Positions 1 to 10,764 of a DNA stretch of 64,000 bases are shown here, piece by piece. Below the pieces are notes generated by a model. It had not been told where the DNA came from and searched no databases. It worked only from the letters and a program-made list of their open reading frames with translations. The translations under genes and the position numbers were made by a program. Positions within the stretch are counted from its first letter, which is position 1, and every line of letters starts with the position of its first letter. Source of the stretch: an uncultured delta proteobacterium (lineage in GTDB: Bacteria > Desulfobacterota > Binatia > UBA9968); assembly GCA_963745835.1 (NCBI GenBank), contig CAVUZH010000018.1, positions 320,001 through 384,000 of the forward strand, given 5' to 3'.

Positions 1-291
1 GACGAGGCCACTTTACGAGAGCGAACGGCGCTTAGCCTCGGTATGTTTCCACGCGGAGAGGTAGGCATTGGAGTACTGCTTGTTTCTCTGGAGATTTTCC
101 ATCAGACGGGTTCTTTGGATGTCCCAGGTATCAGCGAAAGCATTTCACTAGGTGGGCTCAGTCTAGCGCTGAATCTCTGTCTAACCGGGCTTTTCATACT
201 GGCTGTGATACGGCTACTGAATTCGGACACGGTTAAGACTGACAAAGCTCCAGTTAGCTTCGGGCGAGAAAGCGATAAAGGATTACCTTAA
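1..291 (+). CDS. C-terminal part of a cation:proton antiporter (CPA2-like), truncated by window edge
   Basis: Open frame to TAA at 291; GMFPRGEVGIG motif typical of Na+(K+)/H+ antiporter C-terminal helices. Confidence 0.6.
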   Translation, partial: DEATLRERTALSLGMFPRGEVGIGVLLVSLEIFHQTGSLDVPGISESISLGGLSLALNLCLTGLFILAVIRLLNSDTVKTDKAPVSFGRESDKGLP

Positions 292-403
292 GCGAGGGGA
301 GTTCGCCTTAGTAAGCGATGCGAAGAAAGGTTCTATTATAAGCACATCGATGATGCGCCCGACTAAATGGCGCAAGATCTTTCCGAACAAGGATTGTAAC
401 CTT

Positions 404-865
404 TCAGATCCACCGACGAACTCGAGACTTATAGTCAACGAATTCTTGGCCGAACTTCCCAGCCAGCGCTTTTTCCTCAGGTTCGATTTGGAATCGATTC
501 ATGTAAAAGATAAAAGCGGGAACGAAAACAAAAGCCAGCGCATTCGATAAGAAAACTGCCCAACCGACCAGGACTAAAAGAAAGCCTAGATACATCGGAT
601 TGCGGCTAAGCTTGTAAATGCCCGAAATCACCAAAGACGATGATGATTCCGGCTTCATCGGATTGATCGTGGTTTTTGCTCGTCTGAAGGAAGCCACCCC
701 CAAGACGATAATCATTGCGCCAGCGATAGCCAAAGTCAGCGCCAAAAACTCCCGGCCCGGGAATACGAAGTTAAACCCCGGTACAAGCCGTGAGACAAGC
801 CACATGAGCGCAGCCAGCAACGCGCCGACAGCCAAAGGCGGCACCTTCAATTCGAGAACACGCAT
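404..865 (-). CDS. Isoprenylcysteine carboxyl methyltransferase / PEMT-family membrane protein
   Basis: Hydrophobic 153 aa; GIYKLSRNPMYLG and PEEKAL..FGQEF..YK..VRRWI motifs. Confidence 0.85.
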   Translation of the reverse strand: MRVLELKVPPLAVGALLAALMWLVSRLVPGFNFVFPGREFLALTLAIAGAMIIVLGVASFRRAKTTINPMKPESSSSLVISGIYKLSRNPMYLGFLLVLVGWAVFLSNALAFVFVPAFIFYMNRFQIEPEEKALAGKFGQEFVDYKSRVRRWI

Positions 866-874
866 GGCGACGGC

Positions 875-1585
875 TTAAGCCTCCTCCTGGTTTCTCTTAG
901 ATGGGATCACCAAACGGTAGCCGATTCCACTTTCAGTTCGTAGTAGCTTTTCGCCTCGCTCCGAGCTGTCGATTTTCTTGCGCAGATGCGTCATGTAAAC
1001 CCGCAGGTACTGGGACTGCTCTTCCGCGTTGGGACCCCAAACTTCACGCAGCAATTGCTTGTGGGAAACGATCTTGCCAGCGTGCTGCGCAAGAATTTTC
1101 AGCAGCGCATACTCGGTGGGTGTGAGCTTAACTTCGTGTCCCTTCAGAGTGACTGCATGGCTGGTAAAATCGATGGCGAGATGTCCGGCGTGAAAAAACG
1201 GCTCGTCGGCCGCTGAATGAGAACGCCGCTGAATGGCTCGTAAGCGAGCCAGGAGTTCCAGCGCTTCGAACGGCTTGGTCACGTAATCGTCCGCACCGGC
1301 ATCTAACGCAGCAACCTTATCTTCAGGACCGTCACGGACGGATAGAATCAGAACGGGCACCTGGCTCCATTCGCGCAGCCGTTTCAAAACCGCAATTCCT
1401 TCCATATCCGGAAGTCCAAGATCGAGTAAGACAACATCGGGTCTTCTGAGCGCGACATCGGCGAGTCCTTGTTTGCCGCTTTCTGACTCAAGCACCCGAT
1501 AGTGATCTTCTTCCAAGACAATGCGAAGAAACTTTCGGATCTGTTTCTCATCATCGACCACCAAGGCTGTTGCATGATCAGTCAC
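875..1585 (-). CDS. kdpE: KdpE-like OmpR-family response regulator
   Basis: Receiver (VVDDE, DLGLPD, KPF) plus winged helix YLRVYMTHLRKKI...TESGIGYR; overlaps kdpD-like gene. Confidence 0.9.
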   Translation of the reverse strand: MTDHATALVVDDEKQIRKFLRIVLEEDHYRVLESESGKQGLADVALRRPDVVLLDLGLPDMEGIAVLKRLREWSQVPVLILSVRDGPEDKVAALDAGADDYVTKPFEALELLARLRAIQRRSHSAADEPFFHAGHLAIDFTSHAVTLKGHEVKLTPTEYALLKILAQHAGKIVSHKQLLREVWGPNAEEQSQYLRVYMTHLRKKIDSSERGEKLLRTESGIGYRLVIPSKRNQEEA

Positions 1586-3171
1586 TCCAAGCTCTCCATG
1601 ATTTCCGGCCGAAGGATCTCCACCGGAATGCTGATAACGAATTCTGCCCCACCCCTTTCCCTGTTGACTGCCCGCACACTACCGCCATGCGCCCGGACAA
1701 AACCATCGACGATCGCAAGACCGAGCCCCGTGCCGCCCGGCGCTGCGTCACCGCCGCGATAGAAGGCATCGAAAATGCGCAATAGATCGTCGTGCCGGAT
1801 TCCTTTTCCCTCGTCCACTACGGAAATAATCAGTTGTCCCTCTGACAGCTGAGCGCCGATTGTGATCTTCGTCCCAGGCGGACTGTTTGCGGCGGAGTTC
1901 AACATCAGATTGCACAAGCATTGCTCCAGAAGCGGCTGGTCAATTTTGATCATGGGCAGTCGACTATCCAAATCAAGTGTGATTTGATGGCCATTGAGCG
2001 ATTCACCCGCGAGATCGATAGCCGCTTGAATGAGCTCCTCCACATCGCACCAATCGAGCTTCGGCTGGATCACTCCGGATTCGATTCGGGTCATATCAAG
2101 CAAATTGTTGATGACGCGGTGTAGACGGCGGACGGCTACTTGGACCTCGCGCAGAGTCCTTTGCTTTTTTTCATCGCCATCGGTCTGTCGTGTTATCGCA
2201 TCGATGCCGGCCTGGACTGCGGAGAGCGGCGTTTTCAGTTCGTGGGAAACGCTCTGCAGCAGCGCATGCCTGAGGTGCTCCGATGCTTCGAGGATCTCGG
2301 CGCGCTTGAATGCTTCAACGATGTGGTTTTTTTCCAGCACCAGACCGATAAGCACCGCGAACGCTTCGAGTAAATCCCTCTCCGCTCGGTCAAAAGGTTT
2401 GCCCGCCGGCGGCCGAACCGAGAGCACGCCCATAACCGCCGTGCGGCCCTGTAACGGCAGGTGCAGCGCCTCGGCATCTGGAAAGGACCCGGTAAACTTC
2501 CCGGCCGGCACCCGGTGGCTGAAGACCCATGCGACAACGCTGTTGTCCAATTCTGAGAGATCGAATGAGCTAACTGCATGAGGTCTGGACGAGAGTGAGT
2601 GATCTTTTTGTCGTACGAAAAGCGCTGCCTTCGCGGTGAAAATCGAATCAATGAGATTAACGGCTGCCCCAAGACCCGTGTCGAGATCGGTTGCAAATGC
2701 GGCCTGCTGCGCGAGCTCATACAGAGCAGCGGTGCGACGTTCCCGCTGCCGTTCGACAATTTCGCTCCGCCGCAGACGGCTCGTCAGGTGTCCCATAGCC
2801 AAGGCGACGACAAAAAAAACTACGAACATAATCCCATCGTGGAATCTCTGAACATGCAACGTGAAGTATGGCGGTACAAAAAGGAAGTTCCACAAGGCGG
2901 CGCTGGATGCGGCCAGCGTGAGAACCGGGCCGCGGCTCAACTTCAGTCCCACCAGAACGACTAAGAGCAGGTAGAGCAGGGCGACAGTTTGATAACCCGT
3001 GAAGGGCTCAATCAACCAAGCAACCGCCGTAAATGTAAGTATGAGTAACCCGGCGAAAAAATATTCGTTAATGGTTGATGCCGACCGAACCCAGCGCCGG
3101 ATCATGTAACGTCTGGACCGGTGTTCTTGGCATCGAGCAGCCATCTCTGGGTTCGGTGAGGCTATTACCAT
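1582..3171 (-). CDS. kdpD: KdpD-like sensor kinase (4-TM, GAF, HisKA, HATPase) lacking N-terminal KdpD and Usp domains; start uncertain
   Basis: WNFLFVPPYFTL TM motif, SVSHELKTPL H-box, GGTGLGLAIV G-box. Confidence 0.85.
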   Translation of the reverse strand: MVIASPNPEMAARCQEHRSRRYMIRRWVRSASTINEYFFAGLLILTFTAVAWLIEPFTGYQTVALLYLLLVVLVGLKLSRGPVLTLAASSAALWNFLFVPPYFTLHVQRFHDGIMFVVFFVVALAMGHLTSRLRRSEIVERQRERRTAALYELAQQAAFATDLDTGLGAAVNLIDSIFTAKAALFVRQKDHSLSSRPHAVSSFDLSELDNSVVAWVFSHRVPAGKFTGSFPDAEALHLPLQGRTAVMGVLSVRPPAGKPFDRAERDLLEAFAVLIGLVLEKNHIVEAFKRAEILEASEHLRHALLQSVSHELKTPLSAVQAGIDAITRQTDGDEKKQRTLREVQVAVRRLHRVINNLLDMTRIESGVIQPKLDWCDVEELIQAAIDLAGESLNGHQITLDLDSRLPMIKIDQPLLEQCLCNLMLNSAANSPPGTKITIGAQLSEGQLIISVVDEGKGIRHDDLLRIFDAFYRGGDAAPGGTGLGLAIVDGFVRAHGGSVRAVNRERGGAEFVISIPVEILRPEIMESLE

Positions 3172-3265
3172 CTGGGAGAATTATATCTGGTTTGATCTGC
3201 AGGATCTAAGGCCGCGATTCGGGAGCCACGTCATCGGGCCGCCGATTTATAAGCAAGCCGGCAGC

Positions 3266-5251
3266 TCACGCGGCACTCTGCTGCTGGTTAAGGGAGGCAA
3301 AAACCCGGACCGGTAGGATCATCATTTCCAGCCCCTCGAACTGCAGCCGCTGCTCTAGGGTGAAAGGCGTATGGTTATGCAGCAGGCGTGTTAAGAAGTT
3401 CTCCTCTTGAAACACCAGTTTCCCCGCAAAGAACACGGGGTCGGGAAACTCCTTGGCTACAGACTTGCAAATTTTTTCCAACTCATCCATGAGGTCAATT
3501 CCCAACCCATAACGATACTCGGCGTACCAGCCCAAGCAGTTGGCAAACTCCACGAAGCTTTTCAGGTCGTCTTCTTTCATCCTGCGTAAGCTCTCTATCT
3601 CGTTAAGGCCCTTGAATCGTCCCGAGTCGATCACTGCGATTGAGACAAAAACGATATTCTTGAAGTGGTTCGGAAAAAGCCGGCCGATCCTAAGGAGCGA
3701 ATGAATCGCCAGGCCGTCGAAGTCTCTTACGATCAAAACCGCAGTGGGGCCATCCGGGTTCTTTGCCGGCATCGGCTTCATGTCTGGCTGGAATGGGATG
3801 TTCATTAGCGCGTCGTCGAGCCGCTTTAGCGCGCTACGTACGTGATCGTAATGCAATCGAACCAAATAACAGAGGACAATGAAGGCCAATGTCACCAGAA
3901 CTGTGACCCATCCGCCTTCGGCGAATTTTAGAATCACAGTGACAATGAGAATGGTGCCCGTGAACGACAAACCGAGACCATTCACAAACAGCCTTTGCAG
4001 CCAAAGCTTGTCGGTACGTCTTACTAGCCACCAGTGGCGGCACATACCCAGCCTGAGAAATGCTAAAGGTCACAAAGACATTGATCGCATACATGACCAC
4101 CAGCAGCCTTACGTCACCTTGGGTATAGGAGAGAAAAGCGAAAGAGGCGAGACCCATGAACCAGATGCCGTATCGGGTAACCAGGTTATCGCTGAGATGA
4201 GCAAAGCGATGAGGCACCCAGGAGTCGAGTCGCCATGTTCGAAAGCACTCGCGGTCCATCGATGTAACCAGCCTGTGCCGCGACGATGAGGATAGCGGCT
4301 TCAGTGACGAGCGTGACGATTACGAGAACATAGGCTAGATCCGGTGAAAAGAAACCTCCGTAAATTTTTGCAAACAGGCTGGCATTTAGAGTTTTGCCGG
4401 TTTCATGGGAGACCTGATTTAGCAGATAACAGAGCAGCAAGCCACTGGCGGTAAAGGCCAGTGATGTGGCCATATACAGCATGGTTTTTTTGCCGGTCTC
4501 GACGCGCGGTTCCCGCAAGGCCTGCAGTCCATTGCTGACAGCTTCGATACCGGTGTAGGTGCCGCCGCCAAGGCTATAGGCGTGCAGGACGATGAATAGA
4601 GTCGCCCACAAGCCTAAGCCTTGAATATCGCCGACGGACTTTTCATAGGTAGCCGATGCAACAAAAGGAACTTCCGCAGCCTTTGGTATGATGCCTAGGC
4701 CGATTGCAAAAATGTGCATCGACGACGAACAGGAGAAATATTGGCAGCAAAAAGAGAACTGACTCTTTGGTGCCGCGAAGATTAAGATAAATCAGAAAAA
4801 AGATCAGGCCGAATTCTATTGCCAGCTTAAATCCCTGAGTCGAGATGGGCAGGAAACTGAAGATCTGATCGCCCGCGCTGGCAACGGAAATCGTGATCGT
4901 CAGCATGTAATCCACGATCAAGGCAGAGCCGGAGACCAAGCCGACCTTGGGGCCCAAAAGTTTTGTCGCGACAAGATAACCGCCGCCGCCCGTCGGAAAA
5001 AGCTCGATGATGTGACTATAGCTTGCGGATATGACAAAAACGGTCAGTGCCATGAGGAGTGCCAGCGGCAGCGCAAGGAAGAAATGTTCTCCAAGAGCTA
5101 GATAGGCTTCTTCAGGGCCGTACGCTGATGAGCTTAGGCCGTCGGCGCCAAGACCCACCCAGGCAAGAAAGGCGACGAGCGATACCTGATGGAACACTTT
5201 CGGGTCCAGAGGATCCTTCGGCTTTCCGAATAGTAGACTCTTAATCGACAT
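3266..5251 (-). CDS. APC-family (KimA-like) putative K+ transporter, split by about 3 frameshifts (near 4720, 4230, 4050)
   Basis: Consecutive ORF pieces join into one transporter: GLGADGLSSSAYGPEEA, GGGGYLVATKLLG, TGIEAVSNG, YAINVFVTFSISQ, KFAEGGW. Confidence 0.8.
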
Positions 5252-5792
5252 CGATTGAGCGATTCCTGTTCCGAGAACCTAACTGTGAAGTACCGGGACG
5301 AGCAATTTTTACGGGATTGTAGGGGATCACCAAGACTGGACACTGAGCATGAGCTACGACATTGCAGGCGACGCTGCTGCCGATGAACAATCTGAAAGTT
5401 CTGCCCCGCTCTCGACTTCCGATCACGAGGAGATCGATTTTTTCTAGACTCGCGGCACGAACAATCTGCTTACCGATGGAATCGGTGCCGCCTAACAATG
5501 AGCCTTTCGCCCTTACACCGGTTGCATTCACTTGTGCAACGAGTCGAGATAACGCAATCTCTGCTTCCTGCTTCTCGAATGATTCAGCTTCAAACAACGG
5601 TGTTGGAGGTGGGAGAACGTGGAAAATCAAAAGATCCGCATCACTGGCTTTGGTGATTTGGATCGCCCAGCGCAAGGCGCCGTCAGAGGAGTTGCTCAGA
5701 CTCGTAGGGAACGCAATTCGTCTGAGTGGCCCTGCCAACGACGTATTCGATACCAGGGGAACTGCATCGTGTTTAAGTGACAATGTGGCCAT
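5241..5792 (-). CDS. Universal stress protein (Usp)
   Basis: DLLVIGSR..R..IGSSVACNVVAHAQCPVLVI. Confidence 0.85.
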   Translation of the reverse strand: MATLSLKHDAVPLVSNTSLAGPLRRIAFPTSLSNSSDGALRWAIQITKASDADLLIFHVLPPPTPLFEAESFEKQEAEIALSRLVAQVNATGVRAKGSLLGGTDSIGKQIVRAASLEKIDLLVIGSRERGRTFRLFIGSSVACNVVAHAQCPVLVIPYNPVKIARPGTSQLGSRNRNRSIDVD

Positions 5793-5849
5793 GTCATCAC
5801 TGTACCCGGAGGGGGGAAATGGCGACGAATAAAAATCGTGTCTCAGCAG

Positions 5850-5867
5850 GTTAAAAAAACGTTTAAA
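5850..5867 (-). promoter_or_regulatory. KdpE-like binding box upstream of usp-kimA-kdpDE operon
   Basis: Minus strand TTTAAAC-GTTT-TTTTAAC, 11-bp-period direct repeat resembling the E. coli KdpE site TTTATACTTTTTTTACA. Confidence 0.55.
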
Positions 5868-6003
5868 CGCACCCGGAACTGGGATGTGGCTTTAATCATC
5901 CATGGTGCCCGTTCGGCAAACTAGCCGGTGTCCTATGATTTAGAGATTGGAGAATTGGCAAACGTGAGAGGTTGGAGCGGTATGCGCGTTCGTAAAAATG
6001 TAG

Positions 6004-7845
6004 CTAATTAACGATCATCAAACGACAATCATAGGGTAGCTTCTTCATCAGCCCTTTGACTACATGGCCGCGCAGCATGTGATAAAAAGCCGAGCGTCGC
6101 GACGCGCCAATGACCACCGCATCGACGTCGAGTGCTCTGGCCGCGTTGGCAATCGCCTCGGCAGCGTTATGCGAGACAGCCCAAATCGGCACGATCTCGA
6201 TCTGATTTTTACGGCCGGCTTGCAGCGCCGCCTTGAGCGTTTGCATCCCCTGCTCGTTAGGGATGTGCGGCGTGTCGCCGGCGAACAGTCCCGGCCACTC
6301 CTCGACGTAGATACAGTACAACGCCGACTCGCCCCCTCCTCTGGCCCGTCCTATCGCCTCTTTAATCAATCGGGGATTTTCATCGCGCAGCGCAACTAGC
6401 GTCGATGACGAGTATAACGGCTTTACTTCAACCGCCTCCGTAAGCGTCATAAGTCCTCGTAGTTCGTCTTCGACCAGATCTTCCGAAGCGCGATACGCCC
6501 GCGCTTGAAGCCGTTGAATAAAAGGTATCTGCACCAGCAAATCGACAAACCAGGCCCGGCGCACGCCCACCGCAATGAGCATACCGATCAAGGTAACTGC
6601 CCCGCCGAAATAGGTCGCCCGCTGTTTTTCGACGAGGTTCACTCCCCACGCGACCATAACCATGCCGGTGGTAAGGACTCCTAACCAGAATCCCCAATCA
6701 CGCCTTCCCAGATTCCAGCGGATCGAGTCCAGGCTCAGCGATGAAAATACAAACGCGCCCAATAAGCCGAAGGCATACATATCTCCCAATATTTCCAACT
6801 GACCTCCGCTGAAGAAAGATAACCAAGCACGGGTACGACAGTGGCAATGCCCACCGCGACGTGCGGTGTGTTGAAGGTTGGATTACGCATAGCCAGGATT
6901 TGGGGCAGAAAGCCGCCCTTTACGAGCGCCAGAAAAACATGATACGAGCCGATGATCGCGGTGTTGGCGGCAAAGAGCAGCAGGCTGGAGGCCGTCAAAA
7001 CGACAGCCAACTTGATGCCGTAGCCGCCCACGATCAGCCCTAGCTCGGAGATGAATCTCTCACTCTCGGTTGCCTTGAAGTGCTCCGGTAACAAACCGAT
7101 CGATAATGCCGTAAGCACCGGCGAGGTCATCACCATGGTAACGATTACCGCACCCATGGCCCAGCGTGTGGTTTGGCGCAGCGGAAGGCGCATAGTCGGA
7201 CTGAGCTGGCTAATGCTTTCCAGACCGGAGAAGGCGAGCCAGGCGGAGGAAAACCCGACGAGCAGCTCATAGCTCGACAATTCCCTGTCGGTGCCCAATC
7301 TGCTAATGACCGCCTGCCACTGTGATGCATCCATGCCGATAAACGCGATGCCGATGACCACCAGATTTACCAGGAATGAGGCACACGCCATGACCAGTGC
7401 GACAGTGGCGCTCTCGCGGATGCCGACGATGTTAAGCGCCGCCAGGACGCCCACCCCGAGCGCAGGCGAGCGCCACAATATGCGAGTCCAATACCGGAAA
7501 AATGCTGCCGATGTACTGGAATCCGGAAACGGCGGAGATCGCAGTGGTCAGGAAGTAGTCAACTGTGATGAGCATCCCGCCCAGGCATCCCCACATCGGG
7601 CCGAAAGCTTTGGTTGTGATGGTAACCACACCGCCGCCTTCCGGATTGCGCCACGAGATCTCGATGTATTTCAATGCCAGCAGAATGAAACCGCCGGTGG
7701 TTAGCAAAACAAAGAACGGCGTCGCGTCTTTGACATGGCCATAGAGGATTCCGGGCACGTAATAGACCGACGTGCCGATGTCGCAGAAGACGACTGCCCA
7801 CGCGAGAAACCAGTTGAGTTGCCGGGTATTTTTAATCGGTTGCAT
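6004..7845 (-). CDS. APC-family permease with C-terminal Usp-like domain, split by about 2 frameshifts (near 7470, 6815)
   Basis: VVFCDIGTSVYY (cf. KUP GDIGTSPLY), PEGGGVV, FSGLESISQLSP, C-terminal VDAVVIGASRRS...RGHVVKGL. Confidence 0.8.
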
Positions 7846-8060
7846 TACCGGCCAAGACGATTGGCCTGCGCGCGTCCCGGTCTGTCGATCAGGTCCACGC
7901 CTAGCTCAAACTCCTGTTCGCTTCCAAGACCGTTTGATTTGGCGGCGCGTTTGCGATTTCGTCGTTCTCCGGATTCAAACCTAGATAACCGACAGCCCAG
8001 CGATAGGTTTAGCCTACGTGGGCCGTTGAGTGCGGGCTAATTAAAATGATGACTCAGCGC

Positions 8061-8078
8061 GTAAAAAAAACGTTAAAG
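8061..8078 (-). promoter_or_regulatory. Second KdpE-like box, upstream of APC-Usp gene
   Basis: Minus strand CTTTAAC-GTTT-TTTTTAC, near-identical to 5850-5867; both followed on + strand by ACCCG. Confidence 0.55.
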
Positions 8079-8166
8079 TGAAACCCGAGCCGCTGGACGG
8101 TTCGCGGCTCAATGACGACGAACAAATCTGTTGCTCAAGAATTCAGGAAACGAATTGGAGCACCAT

Positions 8167-9171
8167 ATGAGAAAAAGCGCATTGTTTCTGTGTTTAATCG
8201 TCTCGATGTTCACTGTAATTTCGGATCACGTGATGGCGCAGACGCGAGCAAGCGCCGACAAAGTTCGGGTGGTTTACAGCGCCATCGGCAGTTCGCAAAG
8301 CCCTTTGTGGATTGCCCACGAAGCCGGCTTGTTTAAAAAACATGGTCTTGATGCCGAAATCCTCTACGTCGCCGGCGGCTCGCGAGCGGCGCAGGTGATC
8401 TTGTCCGGTGAGGCGCCGATTGCCATGTTCAACGGCAGCTCGGTAATCAGTGCGAATCTCGCCGGGGCGGATCTGGTTAATCTGGCCAGCGGCATGAATG
8501 TGCTGCCTTTCTTCCTGGTCACCGGACCCGGCGTCAAGCAAATCGAGGATCTCAAAGGCGGCAAAGTTGCGATCACACGATTTGCTTCGGCAACCGACTT
8601 CGCTCTTCGTTTTGCCGCGGAAAAGTGGCCGATTAAACCGGAGCGCGATTTTGCCGTGATACAGTTAGGCGGTCAGCCGGAGATGATGGCCGCGCTCAAG
8701 AGCGGCGCGGTGCAGGGAGCCATGCTCAACGCTGAGTTCGCGATTCTCGCGCGTCGCGAAGGCTATCGCGATCTTGTCGACGTAGCTTCGCTGGGCTTGG
8801 TTTTTCCCGGTTCGGGAGTCAACACCAGCCGGTCTTTCATCAAGAGCCGCCGCGATACAGTATTGCGAATCATGCGCGCTTACACCGAAAGCGTTTACCT
8901 CGGCAGAACCAACAAAAGCTTTGGTGTTACTGTGCTTGGAAAGTATCTCAAGAATCAGGACGTGCCGTTTTTACAAGCGGTTCACGAACTCTATCTGGGC
9001 CGCTATATTCCCTGGCCTCCTTACGCTTCTGTGGAAGCCATGAAACGAGCTCTCGACGACGTTGCCGAAAGAGATCCACGCGCCCGGGGCATGCGTCCCG
9101 AACAATTCATCGATGCCAGCCTGATGCAGGAGCTCGACAAGGAAGGTTTTATCAAGCAACTGGGGCGCTGA
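8167..9171 (+). CDS. ABC transporter substrate-binding protein, SsuA/THI5/TauA-like
   Basis: GGAG RBS, signal peptide, PLWIAHEAGLFKKHGLD, DLKGGKVAITRFASATD. Confidence 0.85.
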   Translation: MRKSALFLCLIVSMFTVISDHVMAQTRASADKVRVVYSAIGSSQSPLWIAHEAGLFKKHGLDAEILYVAGGSRAAQVILSGEAPIAMFNGSSVISANLAGADLVNLASGMNVLPFFLVTGPGVKQIEDLKGGKVAITRFASATDFALRFAAEKWPIKPERDFAVIQLGGQPEMMAALKSGAVQGAMLNAEFAILARREGYRDLVDVASLGLVFPGSGVNTSRSFIKSRRDTVLRIMRAYTESVYLGRTNKSFGVTVLGKYLKNQDVPFLQAVHELYLGRYIPWPPYASVEAMKRALDDVAERDPRARGMRPEQFIDASLMQELDKEGFIKQLGR

Positions 9172-9186
9172 TACTTACAAGGGAAA

Positions 9187-9216
9187 GTTCAACTGTTCAA
9201 AGGTTCAAACGTTCAA
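9187..9216 (+). repeat. 8-bp-period tandem repeat (GTTCAA-NN x4)
   Basis: gttcaa ct gttcaa ag gttcaa ac gttcaa between convergent genes. Confidence 0.75.
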
Positions 9217-9264
9217 CGCCAGATAGACACTTTCCGGGCTAACCAATGGGTCGCCACGGTCGGA

Positions 9265-9852
9265 TTACTTGAGCTTTCTGACCTCTTGCAGGATTTGTTT
9301 ATTCGTTGGCCGGATGGTGTAGTTTGTTTCGGTAAACTTCCAACGTACTACTCCCTTGGTATCGATCACATACGTCGTTGGATGAGGCCAGCCTTTGCCA
9401 TCCGGGTTGAGAAGCCCATAGCGATCGATCACTTTGTGATCGGTATCTCGAAGCAGGGGAAAGGTTTGACTGCCATTATTCGCCGCTTGAAGTTTTTGCC
9501 GCAATTTTTTCGAGTCCTCATGGCTGTCGATGCTCACCGCCAGGATTTGCGATCTCGCGCTGTCTTGTTTATTTAGCAGGCTTTGCAGCTCGCCGAGCTG
9601 CACGACGCAATAGGGTCACCAATGGCCGCGGTAAAAAACCAACACGACATTCTTTTTGCCGCGGTAATCGGCAAGGCTGACGTTCTTACCGTCTGAATCC
9701 TCAAGCGTAAAATCCGGCGCCGGCTGCCCGACCTTGACCCGGTCGAGATCCGTCGCCGGCTGTTTTATTTCGTCCTTCGGACCGGTTTGGGCTGAGACAG
9801 CGACTTGGTTGAAGACTAACAGTAGAGCGAATACAAAGAGCAGTGGCTTCAT
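9265..9852 (-). CDS. Exported AhpC/TSA (peroxiredoxin-like) selenoprotein, UxxC motif, 195 aa with UGA read as Sec
   Basis: ORFs 9616-9852 and 9265-9603 are in one frame separated by TGA at 9616-9618, giving VLVFYRGHW-U-PYC; KVGQPAPDFTL, PHPTTYVIDTKGVVRW; N-terminal signal peptide. Confidence 0.88.
9584..9602 (-). promoter_or_regulatory. Bacterial SECIS-like hairpin
   Basis: TGCAGCTC-GGC-GAGCTGCA, perfect 8-bp stem with G-rich loop, starting 13 nt after the UGA. Confidence 0.7.
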
Positions 9853-9884
9853 CAGTTTCTCCGTAGACCTGCTAAGGGCACCGA

Positions 9885-10692
9885 TTATGTCACAGATTTA
9901 GGTCGCGGCGAAACATGCGAACGAAAAAACCGATACGAAATAGCGCGAAAAAGACCGGGCATGAAGCGCTTAAAGGCGCACATCAATGCGACTGACGTCG
10001 GCGTAATAACTTGGAAGCGCTTGTTTTCGATAACGCGAATCACGCGTCTGAGAGACAGATTCAGCAGTGATAACCAGCGATGAGGGTGACTTCGGCGAAG
10101 TTTGCGCGAACGAACGGTTGAAGCTCGTTCTCACTGGACCGGGGCAGACAAGCGAAACATCGATGCCCAGAGGCTTCAGCTCGTTATAAAGGCTTTCACT
10201 TAAACCGTTCAGGGCAAACTTTGATGCGCAGTAAGCGGCCATATTCATTGTTCCGATATGGCCGGCGACGGATGAGATATTAACGATATGGCCGCGGCCT
10301 TTGGCAATCATCGAGGGCACCACCTCACGGGTGCAGTAGACCGCGCCGAGATAATTCGTTCGCATGATCTCTTCAATAGTGTCGAGTGGCATTTCAACAA
10401 AGGGTTGGCGCATGCCGATGCCGGCATTATTTATGAGAACATCGACGGCATCGTACGCCGCGAGTACTTTCGCGACCATAGCGCGGACCTCATCCCTTGA
10501 ACCGACGTCACACCTAATCGTAATCGATCGCGGGCTAATGCGCTGAAGCTCGGCAAGAAGGGCTCCAAGCCGTTCCGCAGAGCGCCCGCAACCAATAATC
10601 ACGGCACCACGTGCTGCTAGATCCAGTGCCAGGCGTTTGCCGATACCGTCCGATGCGCCGGTAATTAAAATGATCCGATCCGTAAAGTTCAT
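9885..10692 (-). CDS. Short-chain dehydrogenase/reductase, frameshift near 10045
   Basis: TGASDGIG, NNAG, YCASK; alternative frame continues VIRVIENKRFQVITP...KSVT to TAA at 9885. Confidence 0.85.
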
Positions 10693-10764
10693 CTGGCGTT
10701 TCTAGGTTAGCTCAGTCAGTAGTGTTATGCTGCAAGGAAACAATGTCGCCTACAAAGAGTCAAT

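Noticed and set aside
404-865. ICMT-family gene as part of the ketosynthase cluster
   Set aside because: 10 kb away and 9 nt downstream of kdpE in the K+ operon
3266-7845. Programmed frameshifting in the two APC genes
   Set aside because: Multiple breaks per gene without consistent slippery sites; similar breaks in unrelated genes point to sequencing error
7846-8060. Possible c-di-AMP (ydaO) riboswitch before the transporter
   Set aside because: Conserved riboswitch segments not found by eye; a KdpE-like box explains regulation better; an Infernal search would settle it
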